Source: Marsupella aquatica
Lineage: Eukaryota > Plantae > Marchantiophyta
Assembly: GCA_973895155.1 (NCBI GenBank)
Contig: OZ316898.1
Span: 20,409,292 to 20,473,291 of the forward strand
Length of the DNA: 64,000 nt
Direction of reading: 5' to 3'
A model generated the notes under the pieces. The model did not search any database. It was not told where the DNA came from and saw only the letters and a list, made by a program, of their open reading frames with translations. Positions 38,900 through 50,852 of this stretch are shown in pieces. The position numbers and the translations under genes are program-made. Position 1 is the stretch's first letter. Every line of letters begins with the position of its first letter.

Positions 38900-41800
38900 T
38901 TACAGCAGCATATTCTTTGGATCTGCCAAATTCTTCGAGAGAGCTTCCAGAAATCGGCCTGCAAAGTATAATCCAGAGTCAGCCACCGTCATGTGATTAA
39001 AAAAATGAAGGATTGTTAAAGATTAATTAGTAACCTCGATCAGTGAAGTACCTCCAATCTGGCCGTTATACACTCTGTTATCAGCTGACAAAGTCAAACC
39101 CATCTTGGTCACAGCGACTGGATGACCACCATCAGCTGACCAATCTGCAGCTTTAACACCCCTACCCACGGCCAAAATACACGCCTGAACAGTGCCATTA
39201 ACACGCGTCAGGCGCCAATTATTAGCCATACATGAGTACGAGCTAAATGTTATCAAACATTTAATAGTCATAATGTTCCCACTGATAAAGTATTCTGCTG
39301 CAACGGAACACAATTCTTGCAGTAAAGATTTGAAAATACGAACGAGAATCGCATGACCTGTGGAGGGTTGATAATTGCACTGAAGCGGTCGACAGCAAAC
39401 ATTCCCAAGTTTGAGATACTGCAACCACACAACGCAGTAACAATTACAAAAGACCCAAGAAACCTACCAAATTTGAACAGCCAAGACAACCCGAGAATCA
39501 CCTACAGGTGACCAGGATATATGAAACAATCTGGTAACTGTGTCCAAAAACTGTCCCGAGCGAAACAATTTCAGGACCAACAGTCCTGGAATGACCATGT
39601 GTGTGTAAGCCTACAAGTGATATACCTGAAAGTGCCACCTTGAAATTCTTGAGGCTTCAGTTTTCCAGTTCGTGCCCTTTCTGCCAGTGATTTGACCTGC
39701 AACGTCTCGCAGCCGTGATTTTCAAAATATTGCAGAGGATGACGTCTCATGCTGAAAAGCTTTTTCAAGTAGCAATGGTTCAGAATGCACACGTATTTCC
39801 TTCAAGACCAATACAACGTAGAGCAAGACCTCACCTCCTTAGATATCTCTGACAGAGATTTCTTATCGGCATTCTTCAAAATTGGGGTCATTAATCCCTG
39901 CCAGGTAACATACTCAACGTGTGAAACCAACTTCTCTATCCTCCAGTGAGATGAAACAGATCCATTCAATGCACAGAATATGGCTGCCGGTTGGGCAACA
40001 AGGAAGCGATTAATTAAATTACCTTATCAGTTGCGACTGCGACACATATATCTATAGAATCATTTAGCGTTATGCCCCCTGACTTCTCATCCCAGGAAGC
40101 TGCAAAAATTACGCATACGAAAATTTCCAGCCCTGCTCAATACTTGTACGCGCTTTCAAATGAAGCCCTCTTAGTGCCAGAATTTGCTAATACTGAACTG
40201 CCGTTCAGATAAACTCGTGGAGAAAAAGGAGTTCGTACATTTCTTCTTTCGATGTAGCTTTGGCACAAAGTTAAGATAATGCATTCTACAATATCCATAC
40301 AGACATATTGAGGGCAAGGTTCCATGTTGGGTTTGGTGATGTACCATTCGCTTCAGGAACATCCCTCAAAGCAAGAGCAGCTGCTTTGATAATGAAGTCA
40401 TTCACAGAGATTGATGTTCCATGCTTCTCTGTAAATCTCAAAGAAGAAGGTTTCAGAGACGAGTTCTCGACCATTTAGCTACATCGTTGGTCAACCTTCA
40501 CTAACGAAACTATTAATAAGACTGCACAATCAACAGCTAAGGGAAGCTTTAGGATAATTTCAACACAGAATAAAGTTCCATACGAGTTACTGGCTAGAGG
40601 AGAAGATGATCCTCAGAGATGAACGTCACCTTTCAGTTCTTTTCGAAGCCCAAGAGTGGCATCCACAATTGCATCTGAGACAAGGACATCAGCCACTTAG
40701 TCCTCAAAGATGAGAACATGAAACCAAAGGGAAATACGCTACCAAACACAGAACTGAAATATCCTCACAGCAATCACGAGCCGAGGTCAGAGTTACTGAT
40801 GTTAAAACTCACCAGTATTAAGATAGAAATGCGGGATTTGCGTTTTGGATTCTAAAAGCCTCTTTGCAATAATCTGCACATGAAACATCATCAATGAGAC
40901 AGCAATAATGTCTACCGACTTTCATTCGAAACCAATCTTAAAGAAGTTGCAAAGAGAAAGCTGAATGTTTCCTATAAATGGAAAATTGAAGATTACTAAC
41001 TCGAATCAAACCAATAAAAATGTTAAAGATACCTTTCGTATCTGGCTGTTAGGTATATCTGTATATGGTCCAGCTTCAGATAGAGGTGCGGCCGCTGTTG
41101 GTGAAGGTGAAGGTGGTGAAGGGCTGGCTTTGACGTCTCGCTTTACAGAAGGTTCTGGACCTGCAGAAATGTCCTTTTGTTTCGGTGGGCCGGATTTCAT
41201 GGCTGACAGAATATCACCTTTCACAAGCATTCCGTTTGGACCTGTACCTGCTACAGAAGATGCATCTAATCCACTCTCAGCCAGATATCTCCTTACAGAT
41301 GGTCCTATTCTATTCTTCTTCGGACCTGCTGCTGCTGCTGGTGGAGGTTCTCTCGAGCTTGCCTCTGAACTTTTTGCCTCGCTGGTAGGGTCAGCCTTCT
41401 TGCTCTCTGATTTTGCAGGTGCTTGACCTGTATAATCCTTAAATTTTCCCACGTCTTCCTCCTCCTCAACCTGCTCGATGAAAATATCTATAAGCTTTAA
41501 TTTGTCATGAACTTTCAACGTGCACAGACCTTATAGGTCAACTCTGACCTACATGCTCCAGCTACTTCCACAGATTCATTTTCCTCCATGTTAGAATCGT
41601 AACTTCCACAGCACTTAAATACGATCAAACTAATATCACCGAGGAATCCAGTTACTTGCATCCACGAAAATTCCAAGCGTCCAACCAATGTGAACCCAAA
41701 ACATCAACGAACATCGGTCTAGCCAAGCTGAACCTGAATTGTTCTACTTTGCAGATGAGAAACTAAATTTAGTACTCTAAAGTGACCTTACCACAACACA

Positions 41801-44800
41801 AAGGGGCTGCCCCACTGGAATATCCTTTGAACCTGCTGGTACAAGAGTTTTTGCCAAATAGCTGCCAAAGACATGACGATTAGAGTCGGTGCCAGCAATA
41901 AATATAAGAAAAACCATTGACTTTGCGTAAAATGGCAACCAGGGTCAAAATGAACTTTTGAAGTTGAGGATACCCGAAGGCTGCTACAGTGTTACCCTTT
42001 CCGTGTATTCCCTACACATCTTGATTACTACAAATCTAACGAATCTTCCTTCAAACGAAGACACAACTACTACAGTAGAGTTATATATACCTTGAAAATT
42101 GCTTTTTCACTTATAATGACGCCAAAAACGCGAACGCCTTCACAGACCGTACTTGACCATGAAGCAACCACTGAGGAAATCAAACCCTAAAATACTTTCC
42201 TCAAGACAGTGGAGTACAGCGGACTTCAAGAATTGTCAATACCAGTAACTTACCCATCTTCCATTGCTTCCATATCCAACGTAGCCTTGTCTGTCTCAAT
42301 TTCGCACAGCACATCTCCTGCGGTAACCTACAGCACATTTTAACACAGCCACTGTTATCTATCTGATATTAAGAAATCGAAGGTAAAGGAGTATTGCTCA
42401 GCGTCCTTGTCCTGGTGACGACTGTCAACCAAATATCAAACAGGTACTGGTCATCGAATCAGAAATGAAATGTCATACCTTTTCGCCTTCATTTTTCTTC
42501 CACTTGAGAAGATTGCCTTGAGTCTGCATAAAAGTTGTAAAATTAGCTGTTTCCTCAAAAGCACCAGGAAAAGGACACTCAGAGAGTTGCATATTTGCCC
42601 ACTGGATACGATGCCTATTCACTACATAACATCAGTTTTATACATCTTCTAAGAAATATCAGGAACACGAAGCTTGATCTCTTTCAAGAAAGGAATGAAT
42701 TGAAAATATACCATCGTTGGCGACAACGCAGGCATAGTAATATTTTGAAAAGGAACATCTGCCATAACCAAAACCCGATTGTTAGGAATCCACGCTTAAA
42801 AAGGCATGGCAGAATTAACAACGAACCCATCAAAATCAAGAAATCAGTGCTGGCTGCAAGTTGAAGGACTTTGATGCTACCAGGGGCAGGTGACGCCGAT
42901 GGAGGAGGTGGTCCTGCTTCCTTTGAGCCACTGCTAGGTTTGCTAATCTCTGACTTTTCTGGTGGCGTTTTAGAAGGTGCACTTGAAGGTGCTTCGCCAT
43001 TGTAGTCTGCAAACTTGGCCACATCATCTTTGTCTTCAACCTGCCATGACAATTATTGCTGTGAGATGAATTCAGCATACATTCGCTAGGGCTTCCAACA
43101 ATACTAACACTTTTCTACATGTCTCGAGGAGAAAAGATCACGAACGCATGCTGGATAGGTCGTAAACTCATCACAATACCACGGCGTTTCTTGCAACAGG
43201 GGCTTTCACCATGGAAAGTTCATAATAGTGAGACTTCCCAGTGCTCGCAGTACAGTACATGATTACCTTGCCAGAACAACTTACTTCACAGGGAGATTTC
43301 CAACTCTTTGTGCTCGTAGCCAAAATTACGACTATTTTTCCTGGACTCGTAAGTCAATGACACAGGATACTGTCACCAATATTAGACCACGTAAAGTAAG
43401 ACTCAACTCATGTAACAATAGACTTACCGTAATACAGACAGGTTGTCCCACTGGGATATCCTTTGTACCTGCTGGTGCTAAAATTTTTGCCAAGTATCTG
43501 CAACACCATGACACCCAACCACGTGTTCACAGTTCAGAAGGCATCCCTGACGAACATCATTCACAGCTGACAGCCATGAACCTTCCGATTGACAGCCGCT
43601 CTGTACAGAATATAGTTCGTGTATGCGTACTTTTTTGAGGGCCAAGACATATTCCAGAGTATGTCACACTAATACAAGAGCGGACGAAACTTCTGCATGG
43701 AACCGGAACAATTGATTGCAGTCATCGCCTCTCGTAGTCTTAACAGCTAGACTTAACTGAGCGTCTGCACTTTTCGGACATCCACCCATTTGTAACTAGG
43801 AATTGTTCTAATTTACAACTCACATGGATTTAGAACGTACATGTTCACGGTGTAAAGTAGAGATCCTAGATAAATTAATTCGCAGCAAACAAGTGCAGTA
43901 ACCATTTAAAAATTGCTGCGGTGCAAATTGTTTCAGCCCATTTAAACTGATTGAAAGCTGAGTTGAAGTTGGCTGAAATAAAACTTTCCGTTGTGAGATG
44001 CATGCCATCTTAAGAGGGAATTAACTTAGTTTGACATTAAGCACGGCGCCCGACCCTAAACGGTTATTTCAGTGCAGGATGTCCTGTCAGAATCCTTTGT
44101 CAATACTAGCGGGAATACTGAAAACCGTAATGAAGACGGGTATGCCACATACCCCCCCAATTTAGTACAATTGAACCTCAATCCCTACCTTACAGCAAAC
44201 CAGCAAATGTTCCTTCGGCGGGAATTAAAACTTATGCATCAAATTCACTCAACATAGGATTGTCAATTGAAGACAACCGTTTTATGAGACATCTCCAAAT
44301 TTAGATCCAGTTTGAGATAAAATGAAAACTTTCAGAACAAGGCTTCTTGATTGACGTTAAGCTCAACTCAGTGACAAATCATACAGCCCCTACTGGATGT
44401 CTCGCATGTTACAGAAAAATGTTCTAAAATAGGACTCCCTGACAGTACAATTCTGCTCGGGAAGCCACCTATTCCCACTTTCAGCGGAGGGGTTGCCTAG
44501 GATATGAGGTCACTTCCGATTGACCAGGGCGAAGTGAGGATATCAGTTGCTTACAAACCGGCCACCAAAGAATAGTTACGACTGATAGAAGAAAATGAAA
44601 GCACAGATGAATGTCATTATGCGGATACCTTCAACTGTCTTTCCATAAACTTTCGAAAACTACTCATATCAGATGAAGAGGGTTTTGCCATTGCGATGAC
44701 AGAAAGACATCAAGTAGGTATTGCGGCTCACACTTCAAGATACTGGGTCTAGGCCTGCAAAGGAAGTCCTGCATGAAGCATAGGAACCACACATTGCTCT

Positions 44801-47800
44801 TTAAGGATTAATCATGGCTGTAAAAACAAAAGCGTCTTTTGAGTTTTATTATATGCCTGTCCAAACTGATGAAAACCACTGCCACTCAGTGCAGCAGCAC
44901 GAAAGGTTTTGGAAGCATCACAGACTGAGGTGCTGGAAGACCTTAACAATTTTACTAATGTTGTCCGAGAATCTCTGGAAACACTGAAGTCAGCTGAATC
45001 AAAGGAGGGACTTATAGACTTGGAAGAAAGGCTTGGATGCTCTTGTACGATTACCTGCAGAAAATAGGGTTGCGGAACTACAAGGTGGGGTCTTCTTTAA
45101 AAACTAGAGATGTGCTGTTCTTATAGGAATCAGCTTTGCCTTTGGGCCAGAGAGACCAAGTCCAGAAGGTCCAAGAATCTACAAACACGTTGATAGAAAT
45201 AGACAAGAGAGATTACATGCAGAATAACCTTGTCCAGTGAGTGAGATTCAGCGTGGCTATCTCCAATCATACGGACCTCAGAAAACGGTAAGAACGGTCA
45301 GCTTTATACATTCTACAATAAGGGTCAACTTGGTATACTTCTACATAGCTTTCTCTTTTCATGTAATCAAATTTGTGAAATTGCAAAACGAAGAGCATAC
45401 GAACTGCCGTTCATGAATCTCTTGCAGTTCTGACTATGATTCTAATGGAGACAGTTCTTACTACATGCAGAAAAGTGGAAGAAAGTTCCTCTCGACATGA
45501 CTTGCCTTTCGAGTCGTTTTAAATACTTGCAGCCAGATTGGGGTTATCGATTATCATTTACGTAACTCGTTCCAAACCATCACTTCGAGCAATACAAGAA
45601 ATAGCATGGGTACAAACCGATTTTTTACAGCCCAAGAATGATATCTAGTATGCTCTAAGCTCCATCCCTCAATCGAAGGAAAGCCTATTTCCACGGTTTG
45701 TTTTCCTGTCCTTTTTAAGTTCAATCTTTTATTCTGAGTGAACCCCACGGACGGGGAGAACCAGCAGGGCAGAAGGCCCCTATATGCAGGACTTTAACTT
45801 GTGACGCGTATCAAAGTGTGCAACGTAAGAGCAGAGATTATTACGTGCAACTCAAGTTAGGATAGAAAGAAGCTTGACTTAATAACATACCCATCTTCCA
45901 TGGCTTCCAAGTCCAATGTGGCCTTGTCCGTCTCAATCTCACAGAGTACATCTCCAGCTGAAACCTGATGTGCACAGGATCGTCAGCTGACATAGTAGAC
46001 AGCGAGAATTGCCTAAATTTCAAATTTAATTATTTACAGCGTTGCGTACATGAAAGTGTTTCAAATATAAAATAAGTGCGTGGAGCACAATACCTTGTCT
46101 CCCTCATTTTTCTTCCATGTGACTATATTGCCTTGTGTCTGAAAATGGTCAGAAGAACTTTGCTTACTGATAACAGTCTTTAAACTTCCACATAAAATTG
46201 ACTTCTTGGCTACGTCGAAGGAACTTATCTTAAGCTACAAAGTCAGATGTAATGAGGCTGATGCAGGAAGAACAGAAGACTTTGATAGCAATATGTAACT
46301 CAACGTGCCAGAATAAGTATTAGTGCATTAAAGCGGTTCTGAAATGCTGGGTGTTATTCTCCATGTCCGATTGAGATTCAACCAACTATAGAAAGGTGAA
46401 CAAGAAAAACATTGCACATTGCAAACGCGTAGGTCTCCTTCTTAAGACATTCATTCAGCACGACATAGGTCACTGGGACGCTTTCATAAAGTTTCCTTGA
46501 CGTAAATGCTTCTAAGACTTTCCATACATATTTCAGGACTCACAGAAACCTGCAAGGCACTTAGTGCAACCACTAGGTTCTGAATGACGAAACACATACC
46601 ATTGTTGGAGACAATGCAGGCATGGTGATTTTCTCGTGAGCAGGCTCTCCTACAACATGCAACATAATGGACGGCAGCCTGTCAGACTTAACTCAGTTGT
46701 AGTTGGATCAAACACTGCCCATTTCACGTGAAAGACAGCCACTCCCCAGTCGCAATCAAGCAAATACGACAGTAAATGTTTGTCTATCCAAAAATAAACT
46801 CATACCGCCTGATGCAAAAGTTCGAGAGAACCCTGGAGCCTGCAAAAGCAAAGCAAAGACTCAGAATGCAGACATTTCAAAAAAATAATTGGTTAAGTCC
46901 ACGACTCCCCAAATGACAGGGCCGAACGGGCTATGGGACGACTGAACTAGAACTGGCCTAAATTGGTCGACTGTCACAGTAATGCTTTATATTACCTTCG
47001 GTCCCAGAGCCGGCCAGTGGACTCCATGGGAGAAAGAACACGAAGCAGAACTGTTCAAAATAGAAAACCAGCACACAAATTAGACAGGGATTTGCAATTA
47101 GTGATGTCAAGCAGGTGCAGTCAAACGCATGCTGCGGTAGGTCACGAGTACAGAAGCATTTGCAGGACAGAATCATCACATATAAATGAAGCTTGTCAGC
47201 CGGCGGTAAATGACGAAGCCTTCTGCCTTATTTTTTAATGATGAGAACGGTAGCTTCATGCTTTACCTTGAATCGATTCCGAATCTCCAAGTTGTATCGT
47301 GACTGCCAAGGAGACTGCATCATTCAATCAAACAAAAGAAACTAGTCTGAGTTTTGGAGATAAATACTTTCATGACCGTTACTTCACTGGAACAACAGCT
47401 ACGGGGACGCTTGAAGTAAATGCTATTGAAGGCAATTATTAAGGAACGTTTCACTGTTACACTGACAAATCCAAGAGGAGATATATTGTGAACAATTTAA
47501 ACATGTTTGTAGGTTAACTTTCGTCTATTCCAGAATCACGTCCTTGAACCAGTTAAACGTTTTATGAGTCCTGATCATGGCATGCATGCACTTTGTTTTC
47601 ATACACTAATTTCAATTCTTCGAAGTACGAATTTGGTAAACCCTTCCAACCTTGTCTGAGTGAAGGCATGAATTGAGTACAAGATTTCTACAGATGTTGT
47701 AAGGGAACAACGTCATGGTTGTAAATGTCACAATAAAAATCTCGCCTACTTGTATTGCATTGAGTCTCGTGGCAATGACAGGAAAGGTGTTTCATAAGGA

Positions 47801-48500
47801 CAGCATTGATCGAATGAAATCAAGTTGGACTAGGGAGTACGTTTTCCAGCATAAGTGTCCTACTCTGGCAGATGCTGATGTCGGAGTGCCTCCTCATGTT
47901 CATCTACGAATCTATTCCCAAGGAATGTAAAGTCATTCAAGTTAAGTTTGTGATCACAGCAATGGAAAGTAGGCTTAGCAAGTAATCGCGAGAATTTCCA
48001 TCTCCAATTCTGCTAAATACCACCGACATAAGACGATACCACCGACATAAGAAGAAACGATCCATACGGATCGAGGGATATTCATTCTCCTGTGGATAGC
48101 TACCCTCTCCACATCCGGATCCACTGACATGGCCACATCTCAAAATCCCGTATAAACTTCCAATCCTGGAGAATTTTCGACGCAACGCCAGATCCAGACG
48201 CATCGACAGAAACACAAAATCTCCCGGGATTGAAATTGGAAGTCCCGGGACAGCAAACAGGAGCAGAAGAACTGACACGGATCGATTGTAACACCGGATT
48301 TGCTCACTCCAGATTTCAAAGACACGAGGAAACGAGAAAAATTAAATTCATTCATTCATTCACCTGAACTGTCCTCGTCCAGCGAGATCACTCAAACTGC
48401 TTGTTCCGTGCACAGGCGCACCGGCGGCCCGAAATGCCCGAGCGAAAACGCGGTTCAGAGGCCGATTGTTGCGGATGCAGGCAGCTGCTGCCATCGCCAT
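38900..48500 (-). CDS. LTA3: Mitochondrial pyruvate dehydrogenase complex E2-family protein, two lipoyl domains (LTA3-like). Catalytic His absent, so possibly E3-binding protein-like
   Basis: ATG at 48500 ([24 protein letters not shown], mitochondrial presequence) and TAA at 38900-38902. Two [12 protein letters not shown]...CEIETDKAT...YLAK lipoyl domains, [12 protein letters not shown]...[14 protein letters not shown], and catalytic-domain blocks [50 protein letters not shown] and [11 protein letters not shown]. About 23 exons; the small exons between 46650 and 48363 are uncertain. Confidence 0.9.
44300..45300 (+). mobile_element. Possible degenerate LINE remnant inside the 2.4-kb E2 intron
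   Basis: The intron 43498-45890 is several-fold longer than its neighbours. The plus strand reads DVLFL*E at ~45109-45129 (resembles the APE endonuclease DxxxxQE motif) and SVAI at ~45250. Otherwise decayed. Confidence 0.25.
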
Positions 48501-49954
48501 CGTAGCGAAGGCGCTGCGCTCCTCGCTCTCTCCCTCGCCACCGGAACGACTCCTCTCTGTTTCACTCTCTCTCTGTCTCTCTCTCTAATTAGTCTGTTCC
48601 GACAAAAGACGATGAAATCGTGTGCTCTATTCGATTTAGTGTACTCGATTCCTTCGTGTAGAGCATGCAACAAAGGGCACCGGAACGAAACGAAAGAAGC
48701 GCGGGATGACCGGCTGAACGGTGTACAGTCGGACTCTTGTAGTGACTGGTTCACCGGCAGTAGGCGGTAGCAACACTACGCCAGACCGCCCGATGCTGAT
48801 GTCGGAGTGACGACGTGAAACGTGTCAAATCTAAAAATTTCTCCCCAATTCCCTCTACTTAAAGAAGGAAAGGCCCTTATTTCCATTCGCCCTCTCGTCG
48901 TTAATGCCCAATTTTTGCACATTTGCTGCCAGGTGAAGTGGCTTGCTAATGATATATATAGAGATTTAAGTACATTATCACTAAATATGTTTGCATTTAT
49001 AGTGATACAACACTTTTTATTATATTTATAAATATATCACAATTTTTGTATAAAGTTTCTTTGGTTAGGTTGGTGAATTTGTTATCCATATACAAATCTA
49101 TGGCATATATGTAAATACAAAAACAGTAATGACAATATTGTTAGTTATAACTTCTTTAGTGACAAAGTATTTAAAATTGTTTAGAAGTTTTAGTAACATT
49201 TGCCAAGATCAATGGTCGTAGAGTGACTACACTAGTAAAATTGGCCATTTTGGTACGTAGAAGCTTCTCAACTTGCCTTTCCCAAAGCCGGCAATGAGAA
49301 AGTGTTCTCTTCTTATCACAAGACTTTGAACACAATATATTTGACCAGGTTGCAAACTCTTATGTAGATTTAATATGTAATGTTTGTGCTGAATGGCACC
49401 ACCTCAAAAAGAGTGTGAATACTGCTGATGCAAGAGCATCTTAGTGATCGCAACTTCAGTTTTATCGTAGGTGGGGCAGCCCACTTCTGGGTCCTAAAAT
49501 TGCTGGTTGGGAACTCCAACATGATTGCATAGTGTTATGGACCACCATGTTTGACATAATGCTCCCGTGGACCATATTTTAGTGGTCCATGGGAGTTTTA
49601 GACTTATAACTTGATGATTATAAGTATTAAAATATTTTTTAATTTTTCACCTGCAAGGCAACTAGACTTACCCCAATATTTCATATTCACACTATGAAAA
49701 TCAATCTAATAGAGTATACCTCTATCTATTCCATTATGAACAATTCAGCCAAAATAGTCAAATATTCAATCTCATTATTCAAACTCTCTGTGTGTAGCTT
49801 ACCTACTCTTCTAGCACATCCTCAAAATTTTAAAAATATTTGAATTTATGAACATGGATGTATTACAATCAAATTCAAATTTTGGAAAATGTAGGCAATG
49901 GCGATTTGGAAAACACAAACACTATGTATCATGGGAACATCATTTTCTTTAAGA

Positions 49955-50195
49955 ACTTGAATTAATATTTTATTAATATTATGTAATGTGTACATTATTA
50001 ATTTTAATTTATTATAATTAAATTTAATAATATTAACTAAAATATAAACCCTTCAAAATTTAGACTACAAAAATAATATTATCAAAATTAAAAACTTGAA
50101 TTAGTATTATATTAACATTATTTACTATGTACACTATTAATGTTAGTTAATTAAAAAATAAACCCTTAAAATTTAGACTACACAAATAATATTAC
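49955..50195. repeat. AT-rich ~115-140-bp tandem duplication
   Basis: AACTTGAATTA...TATGTACA...ATAAACCCTT(C/A)AAATTTAGACTACA(A/C)AAATAATATTA occurs twice. Confidence 0.6.
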
Positions 50196-50852
50196 AAGTG
50201 AACAAAATGTAGACTACCTAATGTGAAAATGAGAAGACACAGAAGAGATCCTTCAAAATAACACCTCAAGAAGTGATCTACACTTGGGCCAAAAATATAC
50301 ACTACACAAGCATTTTGGGGGACCTACTCAGCCTTGAGGATTGGGAGAGGTGTATCTCGGATTGAGAGATTTCTTGCAGGCAGTCATGGGTGATTTGATA
50401 TGAACACTTCTGATGAATTCTAAATGTTCAATCTTGGAAGTTCGTGATCCTTGTAAACACCCCCCTGAGGCATTGTTCATGTCATGTAGGTTCTAAGATG
50501 TGAAAAACCATACACAATTGAAACCCATGCATTTTCTCTGCGAAGGTCTTTCACAGTATCGACATGACAAAGTGCAACAGACCCCAAAACGTTATTCACA
50601 TGAGCTGCAGCACCAATCCTCAACGGTGTGGCGTTGACTTAGTTCAAGGAGGGACAAATCGGAGTGGAAGCACAAGATAGCAACCGAAACAATCGTCAAC
50701 GCAACAGGACTTTAATAAATCAGCTAAAACTTCTGGTAAGCCGGGCGGATTTCGGAAGTAATTCTGATGCTCGTGCTACAACTATGGAGAAGATCTTTAT
50801 TAAACTTCTATCTCATTTCGCAAGAAGGGGAGTTATCCAGAGACAAAATTTA

